Shown: positions 21,113 through 21,383 of the stretch, in pieces
How positions within the stretch are numbered: position 1 is the stretch's first letter
How the letters are laid out: the number at the start of each line of letters is the position of its first letter
Assembly (NCBI RefSeq): GCF_004010195.1
Contig: NC_057719.1
Location: forward strand, 63,084,747 to 63,106,129
Direction: 5' to 3'
DNA length: 21,383 bases
DNA from: Chiloscyllium plagiosum
Lineage: Eukaryota
Notes under the pieces: generated by a model
Databases searched by the model: none
What the model saw: only the letters and a program-made list of their open reading frames with translations
What the model was told of the DNA's origin: nothing
Position numbers and translations under genes: made by a program

Positions 21113-21383
21113 ATGGTGTTGGAGCCTACCAGGGAGAAGGCAATTCTGGATCTGGTATTGTGCAACGAACCAGAATTGATCAGGGACCTCGAAGTGAAGG
21201 AGCCATTGGGAAGTAGTGACCATAATACAATAAGCTTCAATCTGCAATTTGAAAGGGAGAGGGTACAATCGGAAGTAACAATATTTCAGTTGAATAAAGG
21301 GAACAATGGAGCTATGAGGGAGGAGCTGGCCAAAGTTCAATGGTACAATACCTTAGCAGGGATGGCAGTGGAGGAACAATGGC
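21113..21383 (+). mobile_element. CR1 ORF2 endonuclease C-terminal region, open to the window end
   Basis: MVLEPTREKAILDLVLCNEPELIRDLEVKEPLGSSDHNTISFNLQFER...VEEQW; APE-endonuclease LD and SDH motifs; 90 codons with no stop. Confidence 0.92.

Noticed and set aside
1..21383. CRISPR array or prokaryotic operon or defence system
   Set aside because: No regularly spaced repeats and no dense intact ORFs; the content is vertebrate transposable elements.

Overview
Eukaryotic, repeat-saturated intergenic or intronic DNA, most likely from a shark (inferred from HE1-type V-SINEs, a SacSINE1/DeuSINE-like copy and shark-type CR1 LINEs). I found no convincing host gene or exon. ORFs with recognisable homology are decayed transposon fragments or their antisense shadows; the rest look like chance ORFs. 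Main contents: (1) a degenerate Gmr1-like Gypsy LTR retrotransposon on the minus strand (1-3836) with LTR, tRNA-Pro-like PBS, SCAN-like gag, protease and then integrase directly; (2) a second, conventional-order Gypsy remnant (about 14905-16870, minus); (3) six CR1 LINE pieces; (4) several SINEs; (5) a Rex1/Babar 3' end; (6) hAT- and Harbinger-type DNA transposon remnants; (7) short Penelope-type terminal fragments, three of them fold-backs, carrying hammerhead-ribozyme-like cores (CUGANGA-stem-GAAA). The hammerhead fold-backs and the SCAN/Gmr1 element are the most interesting items, but both belong to known classes. I cannot support a wholly new system. Family names come from recalled motifs and manual translation, not database searches; boundaries are approximate.
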